A DNA stretch of 40,646 bases, taken from the NCBI GenBank assembly GCA_038851325.1, contig JAWCKZ010000008.1:1-40646 (forward strand), read 5' to 3'. Under the pieces are notes generated by a model. That model had not been told where the DNA came from, made no database searches, and saw only the letters and a program-made list of their open reading frames with translations. How positions within the stretch are numbered: position 1 is the stretch's first letter; each line of letters starts with the position of its first letter. Below, piece after piece: positions 18,701-28,600 of this stretch. The translations under genes were made by a program, and so were the position numbers. The DNA comes from Candidatus Bilamarchaeaceae archaeon. Lineage in GTDB: Archaea > Micrarchaeota > Micrarchaeia > Anstonellales > Bilamarchaeaceae.

Positions 18701-20236
18701 ATGAATAGTGCGATTGAATACGTTGTTTCCCAAATATCGTCTGGAAGGAGGGATATAGAGAAAATAAAGAGAGAAGCGGCAACTCTATTCAAAGTTAAGG
18801 TACCAAAAAACAGCGATATCCTGGCCGCTTTAAAAAGTTGCAGAATACGCGTGCCATCTTCTGTGCTCCTACTCTTAAGAAAAAAACCGGTTAGAACTCT
18901 CTCAGGAATAACAACCGTGGCTGTGATGGTCCATCCAAATGGATCCTGCAAGCACGAATGTGCATACTGTCCATTTACCGGAAAGGCTGCAAAAAGCTAT
19001 ACTGGAGAAGAGCCTGCAGCACTGAGAGCAAGGGCTGCAAATTTTGATCCGACTGAGCAGGTCAGAGCGCGTCTAAGACAATACGAAGCGATTGGGCATT
19101 TGAGCCAAAAATGCGAAGTAATAATAATGGGCGGGACGTTTCTTGAGATGCCGAACGACTACAAAAAAAATTTTATAAAATCGTTGTACGACGCGATGAA
19201 CAAAACACCGTCAAGCAATCTCCAAGAAGCAAAAGAGATCAACGAAAGCGCACCCCACCGCATAGTTGGGCTAACCATAGAGACAAGACCGGATGTGTGC
19301 GGGATGAGAGAGATTAACGAGATGCTCGAATACGGCGCAACTCGTGTTGAACTCGGTGTACAGCACCCAGATAATCGGATCTACAGGTTGATAAACAGAG
19401 GCCACACAGTTAAAGATGTTGAGAAAGCAACTGCGCTACTAAAAGACTCTGCATTTAAGGTACTTTATCATATAATGCCTGGACTGCCTGGCTCTAACAA
19501 AAATAAGGATGTAAAAATGATAAAGCGTCTTTTTGAGCATGAGAAATTCAGACCGGACATGCTAAAGATATATCCTACTCTTATAATCGCTGGCACTCCT
19601 CTTTACAGTCTAGCACAGAGCGGCAGATATCTCCCTTACTCTGCAGAGGAGGCGGCTGAAGTAATCTCCGAGATGTTTAGGTATATCCCAAAGTACGTTA
19701 GGGTTATGCGTATTCAACGAGATATACCGGCTAACATAATTTCATCAGGTGTCAAAAAAAGCAATCTTCGTGAACTTGTCGAAAAAAGAATTGCTGAGAA
19801 GGGATTTAGGGTTAACGAGATAAGAAATAAAGAGGTAGGTTTAAGAAGGGCTTCTATAAGGAGGATGAAGATAGAGAGGCTTGATTATGGTGCAAGCGAT
19901 GGAAAAGAGATTTTCTTATCGTATGAAAATGAAGAGGTAATTGCCGGCTTTGTAAGATTGCGAATTCCAGGCAAAAACGTATTCAGAAAGGAGATAACGA
20001 ATTCAACTGCACTGATCAGGGAATTACATGTCTACGGTACAGAGGAAGCGCTTGGTTCAACAGGGGAAGTGCAGCATAGAGGGATAGGACAGCGTCTTCT
20101 TGCTGAAGCCGAAAGAGTAGCAAAAGAGGAGGAAGGAATGGATAAGATAATTGTAATAAGCGGCACCGGCGTTCGCGGATACTATAAAAAACTAGGGTAT
20201 AAAAAAGATGGCGCCTACGTCTCAAAATATCTCTAA
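18701..20236 (+). CDS. elp3: tRNA U34 acetyltransferase Elp3 (radical SAM + KAT)
   Basis: KKPVRTLSG, CKHECAYC, KSYTGEEPA, MGGTF, IETRPD, VELGVQ, LKIYP, RIQRDIP, IRELHVYG, QHRGIG and VISGTGVRGYY motifs. Confidence 0.96.
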   Translation: MNSAIEYVVSQISSGRRDIEKIKREAATLFKVKVPKNSDILAALKSCRIRVPSSVLLLLRKKPVRTLSGITTVAVMVHPNGSCKHECAYCPFTGKAAKSYTGEEPAALRARAANFDPTEQVRARLRQYEAIGHLSQKCEVIIMGGTFLEMPNDYKKNFIKSLYDAMNKTPSSNLQEAKEINESAPHRIVGLTIETRPDVCGMREINEMLEYGATRVELGVQHPDNRIYRLINRGHTVKDVEKATALLKDSAFKVLYHIMPGLPGSNKNKDVKMIKRLFEHEKFRPDMLKIYPTLIIAGTPLYSLAQSGRYLPYSAEEAAEVISEMFRYIPKYVRVMRIQRDIPANIISSGVKKSNLRELVEKRIAEKGFRVNEIRNKEVGLRRASIRRMKIERLDYGASDGKEIFLSYENEEVIAGFVRLRIPGKNVFRKEITNSTALIRELHVYGTEEALGSTGEVQHRGIGQRLLAEAERVAKEEEGMDKIIVISGTGVRGYYKKLGYKKDGAYVSKYL

Positions 20237-20238
20237 AT

Positions 20239-21018
20239 TTAAGGCGCAATAGCAGTTTCTGCTGTTTCCTCTCTCTTTTTGTATTCGTTTATGATGGCAT
20301 CGCGCATATTGATAAGATCCAAATATTTTTTCTGTATTTCTGCAAATTCGCTTTCCTCCTCTTCCGTAAATCTCTTTATCTGACGCTCAGCATTTTTCCA
20401 TTGGAGTTGCGGCTCTATTTCTTTCAACTGAGAAAGCACCGTGTTCATTTTTTCTGCTTTATCTTTCTCTAACCAAACCACATCACGTTGAATTACAAAC
20501 TTTTGCTCGCAGGAATTCGAATAAAGCCCCAGGCGGGAAAAGATCGTGAGAAGACGTTTGTATTTATCATTGTCCGGTGACGGCGGAATAGGTTTTTTCT
20601 TTTTAATAGCATTTAAAAACTCTGCCTTTGCGCTTTGGTCTGTTATCTTTGCTATCAAAAGAAGCGCCTTTGCCAATTCATGCTTTACCTCAAGATTTTC
20701 CTTTAGCAAAGAAAGGCGATTTTTAATCAATTGGAAAAGCTCCCCCTCCTTCAGATCTATTGCTCTTACTTTTTCTGCCAGCGGGTAGTCCGAGATTCTT
20801 TCTGTTTCCAGAAGTTGCTCAAAACCGATAAGATAAAAATCCACGCCGTTTGATTTTAGCAGATTTGAAAGTAGTAAAATTTCATCGTCAAGCGACTTTA
20901 GTCTTTTGAACAACTCTGCTGATTCATTACTTCCCTTCTCCTTTAGATACTCTGCCTTTATAGCGATGCTTTCTCGCTCTACCGTTGTTTCTATCAACCG
21001 TACTATCTTTTCTTTCAT
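20239..21018 (-). CDS. Hypothetical coiled-coil protein
   Basis: 259-aa ORF, last gene of a co-oriented minus-strand cluster. Confidence 0.75.
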   Translation of the reverse strand: MKEKIVRLIETTVERESIAIKAEYLKEKGSNESAELFKRLKSLDDEILLLSNLLKSNGVDFYLIGFEQLLETERISDYPLAEKVRAIDLKEGELFQLIKNRLSLLKENLEVKHELAKALLLIAKITDQSAKAEFLNAIKKKKPIPPSPDNDKYKRLLTIFSRLGLYSNSCEQKFVIQRDVVWLEKDKAEKMNTVLSQLKEIEPQLQWKNAERQIKRFTEEEESEFAEIQKKYLDLINMRDAIINEYKKREETAETAIAP

Positions 21019-22747
21019 CTGATCGCCTTACGAACCTGTTCATCATTCTTGGGAGGATGTATACTAAAATAAGGAAAAGCAATATAAATGTTACGAAGAA
21101 AAGAAAACTTCCCGGATTAGACCAAAATTCAGCAGTTTGTTCTGGTCCAATTGGCGCGCTCCCGATTGCTTGTTCGGTCTCCTTTTCCTTCATAGCATTC
21201 ACAGCATTCTCAAGATAGGAAGAATAGAGTAGAAGGGAGTAAGCAGTGTTGTAATTTGGTTCATCCTTTCTCAGTAAATAAACTGCTTGGCTTCTGTAAA
21301 CATTCGCCCAAAGAGAAGAAAAATGCTGAGCAAGCATTCGGTCTATGCTTAGTTTGATCTCTTCTTCGTCCATCTTTGAAAGTTCTTCGTTTGCGGTATC
21401 CATCGCAATCACATACACAGAATCAAAAATTGCTCCGCCATACCTTCCCTCAGCAAAAAGCCGTTTGGCTGTGTTAAACCTTTCCTCTGTCTCTGCACTA
21501 TGAGATGTTTTGTTTGCGCGTGCCATGTAATTCGCAGCAAGTTCTTTCCACACTGTCTCGTTTATAACCTTACCATCACGACCAGCACCTACGTTAGAGA
21601 AGTCCTTTGCTGCGGCGCACCAACCATCAGCATACATTATCTCATGATAGTAGACGTACTCTTCCTCAACGAGATGGGTTTTCTCTATCGCAGCGGAATT
21701 AATTTTGTTCTCAGCCCACGCCTTTCGCAGATCTGAGCCAATGACCCATTCGAAATTCTCTGAGTTAAGAGCGGGTCTCTCTATGCTTTTAAGACATTCC
21801 TCTATTTCATCTTTCTTTTCTGTGTATGCCTGTTCTCCTCGATAGACAAAAAGGATAGTTGAAAGGTCCACATATGCCAAGAATGCATTGTTGGCAGCAG
21901 TATATGGATAGCCATGAGCAAGAATTCTCGCGTTCTCATTGACGGAGCTGTTAAAATAGTTTATTATCCATTCTTCTCCGTCAACTTTTTTCAGTTGCTG
22001 TAAGGTGTAATTTTCTCTTTCGACCATCTTTGAGGCGATTGGCGCAAACTCGGTCTGCACAGTTATTTCCTCATAACGCGAAATATTTTCAGCATCTGGT
22101 TTGAAAACAGGGTAGTCTGGTGCAGAGGGCGTTTTGTTTTCTGATATGTATGCTACAATCTCATCGATAGACCCAACCACAACTATATTCGTACCGTATC
22201 TTTCTTTCAACTTATTCAGCATTATGTAGTCGTAGACACTGACTCCTGGAGAGACAAAGGCAGGAACACCGTTAACAGCAGATGCTGTTGCCTTCTCGTA
22301 TATTCCGCCAACAGGAAGAACAACACCACTACTCCCAAGCGCACCGGTTATCACAGGTGTGTTAACGACAGAGAGATTATGCCCAAGAATGTATGTCATG
22401 GAAGCAATAGCTGCGCTCGCGCTTGGGCCCTCGATGTACCCTTCCTCATGCGAATCCCCGAACGTAACATATACGTCACACCCTGCGTCATTTGCATACC
22501 TCACTGCTTTTACAACAGATTGCTGAAGATCAGCGGCTGAATATGGTGGTACTTCTAGAAAAATCCTTCCGTTTCCAGGCACAGCGTTTATGGTAATGTT
22601 CATAATTTTTCCATAGCCGTTTTCAGAAACGGCTGCGACCGGAAAGGTAAGATTACCGCTACAAGCCGATGCGCACTGAACGAGAAACAAAATAAATGTG
22701 CAGCTTAATAAAAAGATAATATCGGCGCGTGCCAGGTTAACCACCAA
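20927..22747 (-). CDS. Membrane-anchored Lon-like S16 serine protease without an ATPase domain (COG1750-type)
   Basis: Signal peptide, PGNGRIF, EGPSASAA (catalytic Ser), ITG, PVGGIYEK (catalytic Lys), C-terminal TM helix. Confidence 0.85.
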   Translation of the reverse strand: MVVNLARADIIFLLSCTFILFLVQCASACSGNLTFPVAAVSENGYGKIMNITINAVPGNGRIFLEVPPYSAADLQQSVVKAVRYANDAGCDVYVTFGDSHEEGYIEGPSASAAIASMTYILGHNLSVVNTPVITGALGSSGVVLPVGGIYEKATASAVNGVPAFVSPGVSVYDYIMLNKLKERYGTNIVVVGSIDEIVAYISENKTPSAPDYPVFKPDAENISRYEEITVQTEFAPIASKMVERENYTLQQLKKVDGEEWIINYFNSSVNENARILAHGYPYTAANNAFLAYVDLSTILFVYRGEQAYTEKKDEIEECLKSIERPALNSENFEWVIGSDLRKAWAENKINSAAIEKTHLVEEEYVYYHEIMYADGWCAAAKDFSNVGAGRDGKVINETVWKELAANYMARANKTSHSAETEERFNTAKRLFAEGRYGGAIFDSVYVIAMDTANEELSKMDEEEIKLSIDRMLAQHFSSLWANVYRSQAVYLLRKDEPNYNTAYSLLLYSSYLENAVNAMKEKETEQAIGSAPIGPEQTAEFWSNPGSFLFFVTFILLFLILVYILPRMMNRFVRRSDERKDSTVDRNNGRARKHRYKGRVSKGEGK

Positions 22748-23336
22748 CTCGTTTCACTGCAAGCACTCCTCTCTCTGTTCTGAAGAATTCGTAATTCTCC
22801 GACAAATAGAGTTTTTCCATCTGTGTTCCAGATTCCTTTATGTAATCCGTTATACTTCCCTCTGGCACATCATCTGAGATAAACGCAACAGTATAGCGGT
22901 AATTGCGCGCAAGAGCCGCGTTCTCTCGCTCGCGCACCAGTATCCTGCGTATTCCTCTTCCTTCGTACATAAGAAGCACTGCGGGTTCCTCTAAGTATAT
23001 AGCGTTGTAGCTCTCACCCACGAACCTCCTTTTTTCAGCATCGTAGGAGGTAGGCCAGCCAAGCCCCACGCCTATCAACACCCTGTTAACATAACAACCA
23101 AAACTCATTCCATACGAGATTATCTTTCTTACTTCGTTGTCCGTAACCTCAAATGAGCATTGCTTCAGCACCTTAACTGCGTCCTCCACATCGCCCTCGT
23201 TCAATATCTTTATCTCAACCTGGTCCTGATCGAGTATATGAAGAAACTTAGGCTTTTTCTCGACCTTTTCTTTTTTCTCTTTCTTTTCTTCCACTACTGC
23301 CTGCCCTTCTTCTTTTTTGGCGAAAATCTCTTCCAT
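22737..23336 (-). CDS. GNAT-fold-like protein
   Basis: AVLLMYEGRGIRRILV (AcCoA motif A-like) and KLYLSENYE; GGAGG RBS. Confidence 0.6.
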   Translation of the reverse strand: MEEIFAKKEEGQAVVEEKKEKKEKVEKKPKFLHILDQDQVEIKILNEGDVEDAVKVLKQCSFEVTDNEVRKIISYGMSFGCYVNRVLIGVGLGWPTSYDAEKRRFVGESYNAIYLEEPAVLLMYEGRGIRRILVRERENAALARNYRYTVAFISDDVPEGSITDYIKESGTQMEKLYLSENYEFFRTERGVLAVKRVGG

Positions 23337-23419
23337 TGCTACCCTCCGATTCGACACGCATCTGTATTTCTTCTATCATCTTCTCTTACTATTTATTAGT
23401 TTTATTTTTATTTATTTAA

Positions 23420-23593
23420 CCGGTTGCAAATTAAAAGATTTTTCTCTGGGCGCTCATTCCGTTTTGCTGCATTCGCTTCTCCTTCTTTTACAACGGCTCA
23501 GGGCTAACCCGAGGGCTCCGCTCTCTGGGTCCCAGCGACCGAAGGTCGCGCAGTTTTGTTCTGTATTCTACGAGACAACTTACAACAGGCTCA
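23420..23593 (-). mobile_element. Long MITE-like element, copy 4
   Basis: Reverse complement aligns with both ends of 36581-36758 (CTGAGCCTGTTG.AA.TTG.CTCG... and AGAAGGA.AAGCGAA.G.AG..AAA.GGAA.GAG.GCC); internal CGACC-GAA-GGTCG hairpin. Confidence 0.65.
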
Positions 23594-23646
23594 GAGATAG
23601 CAAGTATTTTATTACTTGTGAATTTATTATGAGATTAGGTAGTCCT

Positions 23647-24183
23647 ATGAAAGTGGTCATCACAGGTGTGCCTGGAACCGGCAAGACTAAAATTGCTATG
23701 CTCCTTGCTGCTATGCTTGGCATTCGTTACATTTCGCTCGCTGAGCTTATCGATAAGAAGATGGCCACAGAGATAGAAGAGGGAGAGAAGGCTGTCGACA
23801 TAAAAAAACTTCAGAGAGTTGTGGAAGACTATTTTATTGGCAAAGATGATTATGTTGTGGAAGGTCATCTTGCGTGCGAAGTCGTCATCCCTGCTGACTA
23901 CGTGTTTGTGCTTAGAACCCATCCGGATGTGCTGAAGAAAAGATTAAGTGAACGAAAATATGATAAAAAGAAAATAGAAAAAAATATCGAGGCAGAGTTG
24001 CTTGATTACTGCGTTCAGCGCGTTGAACAGGAGTATCTTTGGAGGCCTGTTGAGATAGATACATCCAAAAAAGATTTCAATGACATTGCAAAGCGGATGG
24101 TCAACATCATAAAATACAGAAAAAGAGTGGGCGATGTGATTAACTATTCCTCAGAACTAAAAAAAAGACTGAGGTTAAGATAA
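23647..24183 (+). CDS. Adenylate kinase, AK6/Fap7-like
   Basis: ITGVPGTGKT, VVEGHLA, VLRTHP..L.KRL..R.Y...KI..N..AE motifs; the longer 23317 start is an artefactual extension. Confidence 0.9.
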   Translation: MKVVITGVPGTGKTKIAMLLAAMLGIRYISLAELIDKKMATEIEEGEKAVDIKKLQRVVEDYFIGKDDYVVEGHLACEVVIPADYVFVLRTHPDVLKKRLSERKYDKKKIEKNIEAELLDYCVQRVEQEYLWRPVEIDTSKKDFNDIAKRMVNIIKYRKRVGDVINYSSELKKRLRLR

Positions 24184-24184
24184 C

Positions 24185-24658
24185 ATGGAAAACGAAAAAA
24201 GATATATTGAGGCCGCGCTATTTGTGTCATCAAAGCCTCTTTCTCTCGCTGAACTCAGAACACTTACTGGAATAGGTGCGGTTGGTTATGTGCAAAAACT
24301 TGTAGAAGAGCTTAAAAACGAATACGCAACGAGAGGAAGTGCGATAGAGATCCTGGAGTTGGATGGCAAGTATGAAATGCGAGTAAAGAATGAATATATA
24401 GATCGAGTGAAGGAATTCGCGCAAGATGCTGAGATAGGACACGGTGCGCTTCGCGTTCTCGCATTTATATCTAAACATGATGGTATTTTGAAGTCAGAGG
24501 TCGTCAAGCGAATGGGAAGCCAAGCCTATGGTTACATAAAAGAACTTGTTGAGGCTGAATTTGTTAAGCAACAAAAATCTGGAAGAAGCTCAAAACTTCT
24601 TCTTACAGAGAAATTTAGAAGATATTTCAAAATCAACGCGGAGGAGAAACAGCAGTAA
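24185..24658 (+). CDS. scpB: SMC-Scp complex subunit ScpB
   Basis: IEAALFVSSKPLS, ALRVLAFI, GR..L..TEKFRRYF motifs. Confidence 0.9.
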   Translation: MENEKRYIEAALFVSSKPLSLAELRTLTGIGAVGYVQKLVEELKNEYATRGSAIEILELDGKYEMRVKNEYIDRVKEFAQDAEIGHGALRVLAFISKHDGILKSEVVKRMGSQAYGYIKELVEAEFVKQQKSGRSSKLLLTEKFRRYFKINAEEKQQ

Positions 24659-24703
24659 GCGAAATCCTTAACATTTTTAATCTCGAGTGCGATGAATATC
24701 TTC

Positions 24704-25579
24704 ATGCTTAAGATAACATTCCTCGGAACAAGTGGGAGCACACCAACAATCGAAAGAAACATGCCTGCTATTGCGCTTCAGTACGAGGGCTCGCTGCTTC
24801 TCTGGGACGCTGGTGAATGCGCCCAAAGACAGATGATGAAGTACGGTATAGGATATGGTAGCATAGATGCTATTTTTATTAGCCATTCTCATCTTGATCA
24901 TTATCTCGGCATTTTTGGTCTACTCGAAACGCTGACTCTGTCGGGCACGCGCAGAAAAATTGAGATTTTCGGTTTTGAAGATTTTTCTTGGATCGAAGAG
25001 AGATACCCCTTTGCAAAATTTTCCAAGATAAAAAACGGAAGGCTGTACAGAGGAAGAGATTACTCTATATCCGCTTTCCCAGTAAAACACTGCAAAGGCG
25101 CGCACGGCCTTGTCTTCCAGGAAGATGACAAAATAAAATTCTATGAAGAAAAAGCACATGCCCTTGGACTGCACGGAAGAATGTTTACAGATATCCAAAG
25201 AAAGGGTTGGGTTGAAGTGCGCGGGAAGCGAGTAACGCTCGAAGAAGTAACATGGAAACGAAAGGGAAGAAAAATCGTTTACACAGGCGATTCTGTGCCA
25301 TGCGACTCGATTGCCGAGCAGGCAAAAAATGCAGAGGTTCTTATCCATGACGCAACATTCGACCCTGAAAGAAAGGAAGACGCAATGGAGAGGATGCATT
25401 CGACAATGGAGGATGCTGCATATGTTGCAAAGAGAGCAGGAGTTAAACAGCTTATTCTGACGCATTTTAGTCCTCGCTACCCAGACGTAAAGCCGTTTGA
25501 GGAAAAAATCAGGAAGATATTTCCGAACACCATCTTTGCCTATGATGGACTTACTATTGAAGTAAAACTAGAGAAGTAA
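24704..25579 (+). CDS. rnz: Ribonuclease Z (tRNase Z)
   Basis: FLGTSG..PT.ERN, DAGE, SHSHLDH, YTGD, HDATF, HST and LTHFSPRY motifs. Confidence 0.95.
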   Translation: MLKITFLGTSGSTPTIERNMPAIALQYEGSLLLWDAGECAQRQMMKYGIGYGSIDAIFISHSHLDHYLGIFGLLETLTLSGTRRKIEIFGFEDFSWIEERYPFAKFSKIKNGRLYRGRDYSISAFPVKHCKGAHGLVFQEDDKIKFYEEKAHALGLHGRMFTDIQRKGWVEVRGKRVTLEEVTWKRKGRKIVYTGDSVPCDSIAEQAKNAEVLIHDATFDPERKEDAMERMHSTMEDAAYVAKRAGVKQLILTHFSPRYPDVKPFEEKIRKIFPNTIFAYDGLTIEVKLEK

Positions 25580-25679
25580 CTGCTTACATTTTTTTAAATG
25601 CATAAACACAAGATTTATAAAGAGAATGGACACATAACCATATACAAAAACAAATAGCGGAATGCGTAGAGGTGGAAGT

Positions 25680-28600
25680 ATGTGTGGAGCAACTAGTAAT
25701 ACTCTAAACCAGAAAGTGGAGGGAAACAAATCTTCTGATAAAATGCCTGGATCAGATCAGAAAAGATCATGGCTGAAACGTATCTTCAGTAAAAGAAAGA
25801 ATGACATAGAAAAAAATAAAGAAAACGAAGGAGTAGCCAAAAGAAGCCAGGTGTCTTACGGGGAGATAGAAGAGGAACAGGCAGGGATGCTCAAGAAAAT
25901 CGTAGAAAGTGTAATTGATGATATAAGAAACGACCGCTCAAATGTGAGAGAACTGATAGAAGCTATTCGAAGCGAAGAATTCTTTAAGTCCGCGGTGGAA
26001 ACGAGAACACCTCTTGAAGATTCATACTATGAAAATGAAGAAGTCCCGAAGGATCACAAGGCGGCTGCACACTTAGAGAATTTGAAGAAAGCGTTTCTCG
26101 TGGGATTAGACGCATGGGTACGTGGAAGCAATCGATTCGATAATAGTCCTTTTGCCGTAAAAGAGCATTATGACATATTTGTTACAGCAATGGGCGCATG
26201 CGAACGAACTAGAGAAGCATTCATTAAGTACGTGGAGGAATACGCTAACGAAAACTGCGAGCTGACAAAAGAGAAAGGAAGTATACTCGGGGGTGTGTTT
26301 GTAGCGCTTTGTCGATATCCAACATTTGGCGATAAAGGCGGTAGAATACAAGAGGTGTTTGAGAGCAGCGGGCGAACCAGGAAAATAGGCTTTTGGAGTG
26401 GAATGGACTTAGTGAAGCACTGCAAAAAGAATATTGAACTACCTAAAGAGGCATACGAAGACATAAAAAAATTGGTGTCGGAGTTTGGCGTGAACCCCGA
26501 CTATGAGATTAAAATTAAAGAGAGCTATTGTAGTTCTAAGAAAAGCGAAGATAAAGCAAGTATAAGCAAGGAATTAAGCGAGCTGTCCTTTAAATATTTA
26601 GAGCCTCTCGCAGGTGAAAGAAATGGAGAGGAGATCGAAAGGGCAAGAGCTATCAGGGATGCCCTAAGCGATATTGCTAGTAAGATTGAAGAAATAAAGA
26701 GTGATTTTCGTGGAAATAACAAAAGCGTAGTTAACCAAAGACTAAATGAAATCGAAAGCATTTTGAGGACACATAAAAACGAATTTTTAGAAGGACAGTT
26801 ACAGCTGATAGCAAAAAAAAGCGTAGTTAACGAAAAGCTAGATGAAATCGAAAGCATTTTGAGGATACATAAAAACGAATTTTTAAAAAGACAGTTGCAG
26901 CTGATAGTAAAAAAACTAGAAGAAGAGATAAAGAGATTAAATAAAAAGCTCGATAATCTTAAGGGTCATAATGATTCCAACGACGCTAAAAAGGAGATAA
27001 CAGAACAAATAAAGAAGACAACAAAACAAATAGACCTCCGTAAGGGTATTATTAATGATATTAGAGAGGGTAAGGATATTAGAAAGAATGAGGATATTGA
27101 AGAGTATAAGAAACTCTCAGAACTTGACATAGAAAGCACTATAGAAACGATGGAACGACTAATTTTAGGCTTAAAGAACTACAAAAATGAGAATGTAGTA
27201 GAGGAAATAGGCGAATTAGAGAAGAAAACTAAGGAACTAAGATTGAAGTTGTTCCCCTATGAAAAAATATGCGAGAAGATAGGGGCAAGCGCAAAGAAAA
27301 TGCTAAATGGCCGCCCAGTGACGGCAGAAGATTATAGGACGGCACTAGGAATACTTTACAGACAAATTAAAGTAGAAGATGCACAGAACAGCAATGTAAA
27401 GTCTGATTCGAAACTGCTGAGATTAGGACGAAAGGATGTTAGCGGTTGGTTTTTCTCGCGAGCCGACTCTGCTGTCCCTGTTTTTATTGAAGAAATTAAG
27501 CAATTTAAGCAATTTTGCTATCGGGTTTTCTCGCTGCTCAGGTTTAAGGCCTTCTCAAAAAAAGGGAAAAATATAGATAATAACAGCGGAAACACGCTTG
27601 ATGCGTTAATGCCTACAAAAGAGTGGCGGTGGCTAAGGTTGGCTCCAACACTCCCGATAGGAATCTATGTTGTTATTCGAGATGCGACCCTTTCTTTGAT
27701 TAGTGGTACGCACCATCTTGTCAGAAAAGCTGGGTTGAAACTTGCAAACATCATAACTATAGTAACAAGTGTAATATTAGGCTATGGTAGCTACTACATG
27801 GGCTATCACTACATCCTCCGCATAGACAAAAAAACGCACAGGGATTACAACGAAAAAAGAGAGATCGTACTCGATAAATCTGACGGAAAACTCAAATGGG
27901 CCTATAAAGATAGTTCAGGAAAAAGCCACGTAGATCCCCTCTATGAAAACGGTAAAATGGCTTGGATTAAGAAAGAAGTAGGTGTGCGCATAAGAGAGGG
28001 CGAATACTATGGCTTTTACGGGATTACTGATAAGGAGAAAGTAAAGTGGCTGGATGACCGCCCAGCAATAGCAGAATATTTTGAGAGAAAGTTCTGGCCA
28101 ACGGATACGCTCATAACGCTTTCCGAGTGGAAGAGTCAGGAACAGAGAGGAAATGAAAAAAGTAAAAAAAATACGCCCGCAACGCTTTCTGAGCAGAATG
28201 CTAGAAAGAAAAAGGGGTACTCAAAGAACCAGTATATTTTGAACAAGATGAAGGCGGAGAATTTTATAGAGGAGCTTATGGAAGAAGAAAAAAAGGGAAA
28301 AATGATAACAAAAGACTGGCTAGAATTAAACAAACCAAAATGGATCGAGAAAAGATACCTGGTTACGCCAAAAGTAAATTGGTACATGGTTACATACAAC
28401 CTAAACGCGCGGGATGCTGAAATCCTTATTAAATTCATAGATCGCTCGTATAGAGTTATAGCGGAGGGAGATAAAGAAAACTGGGTTCTGTCCATGCTAA
28501 ACAAAGGATACGATGACTTTCACATAAAGGACGTAAAAAAATTCGTAGAGCGCATCAAGAAGACTGCAAGCCGGGGCAGAACGTTGAAAAGAGAGGACCT

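Noticed and set aside
23317..23646. N-terminal extension of the adenylate kinase ORF
   Set aside because: It runs through the MITE and an AT-rich intergenic tract; homology starts at MKVVITG
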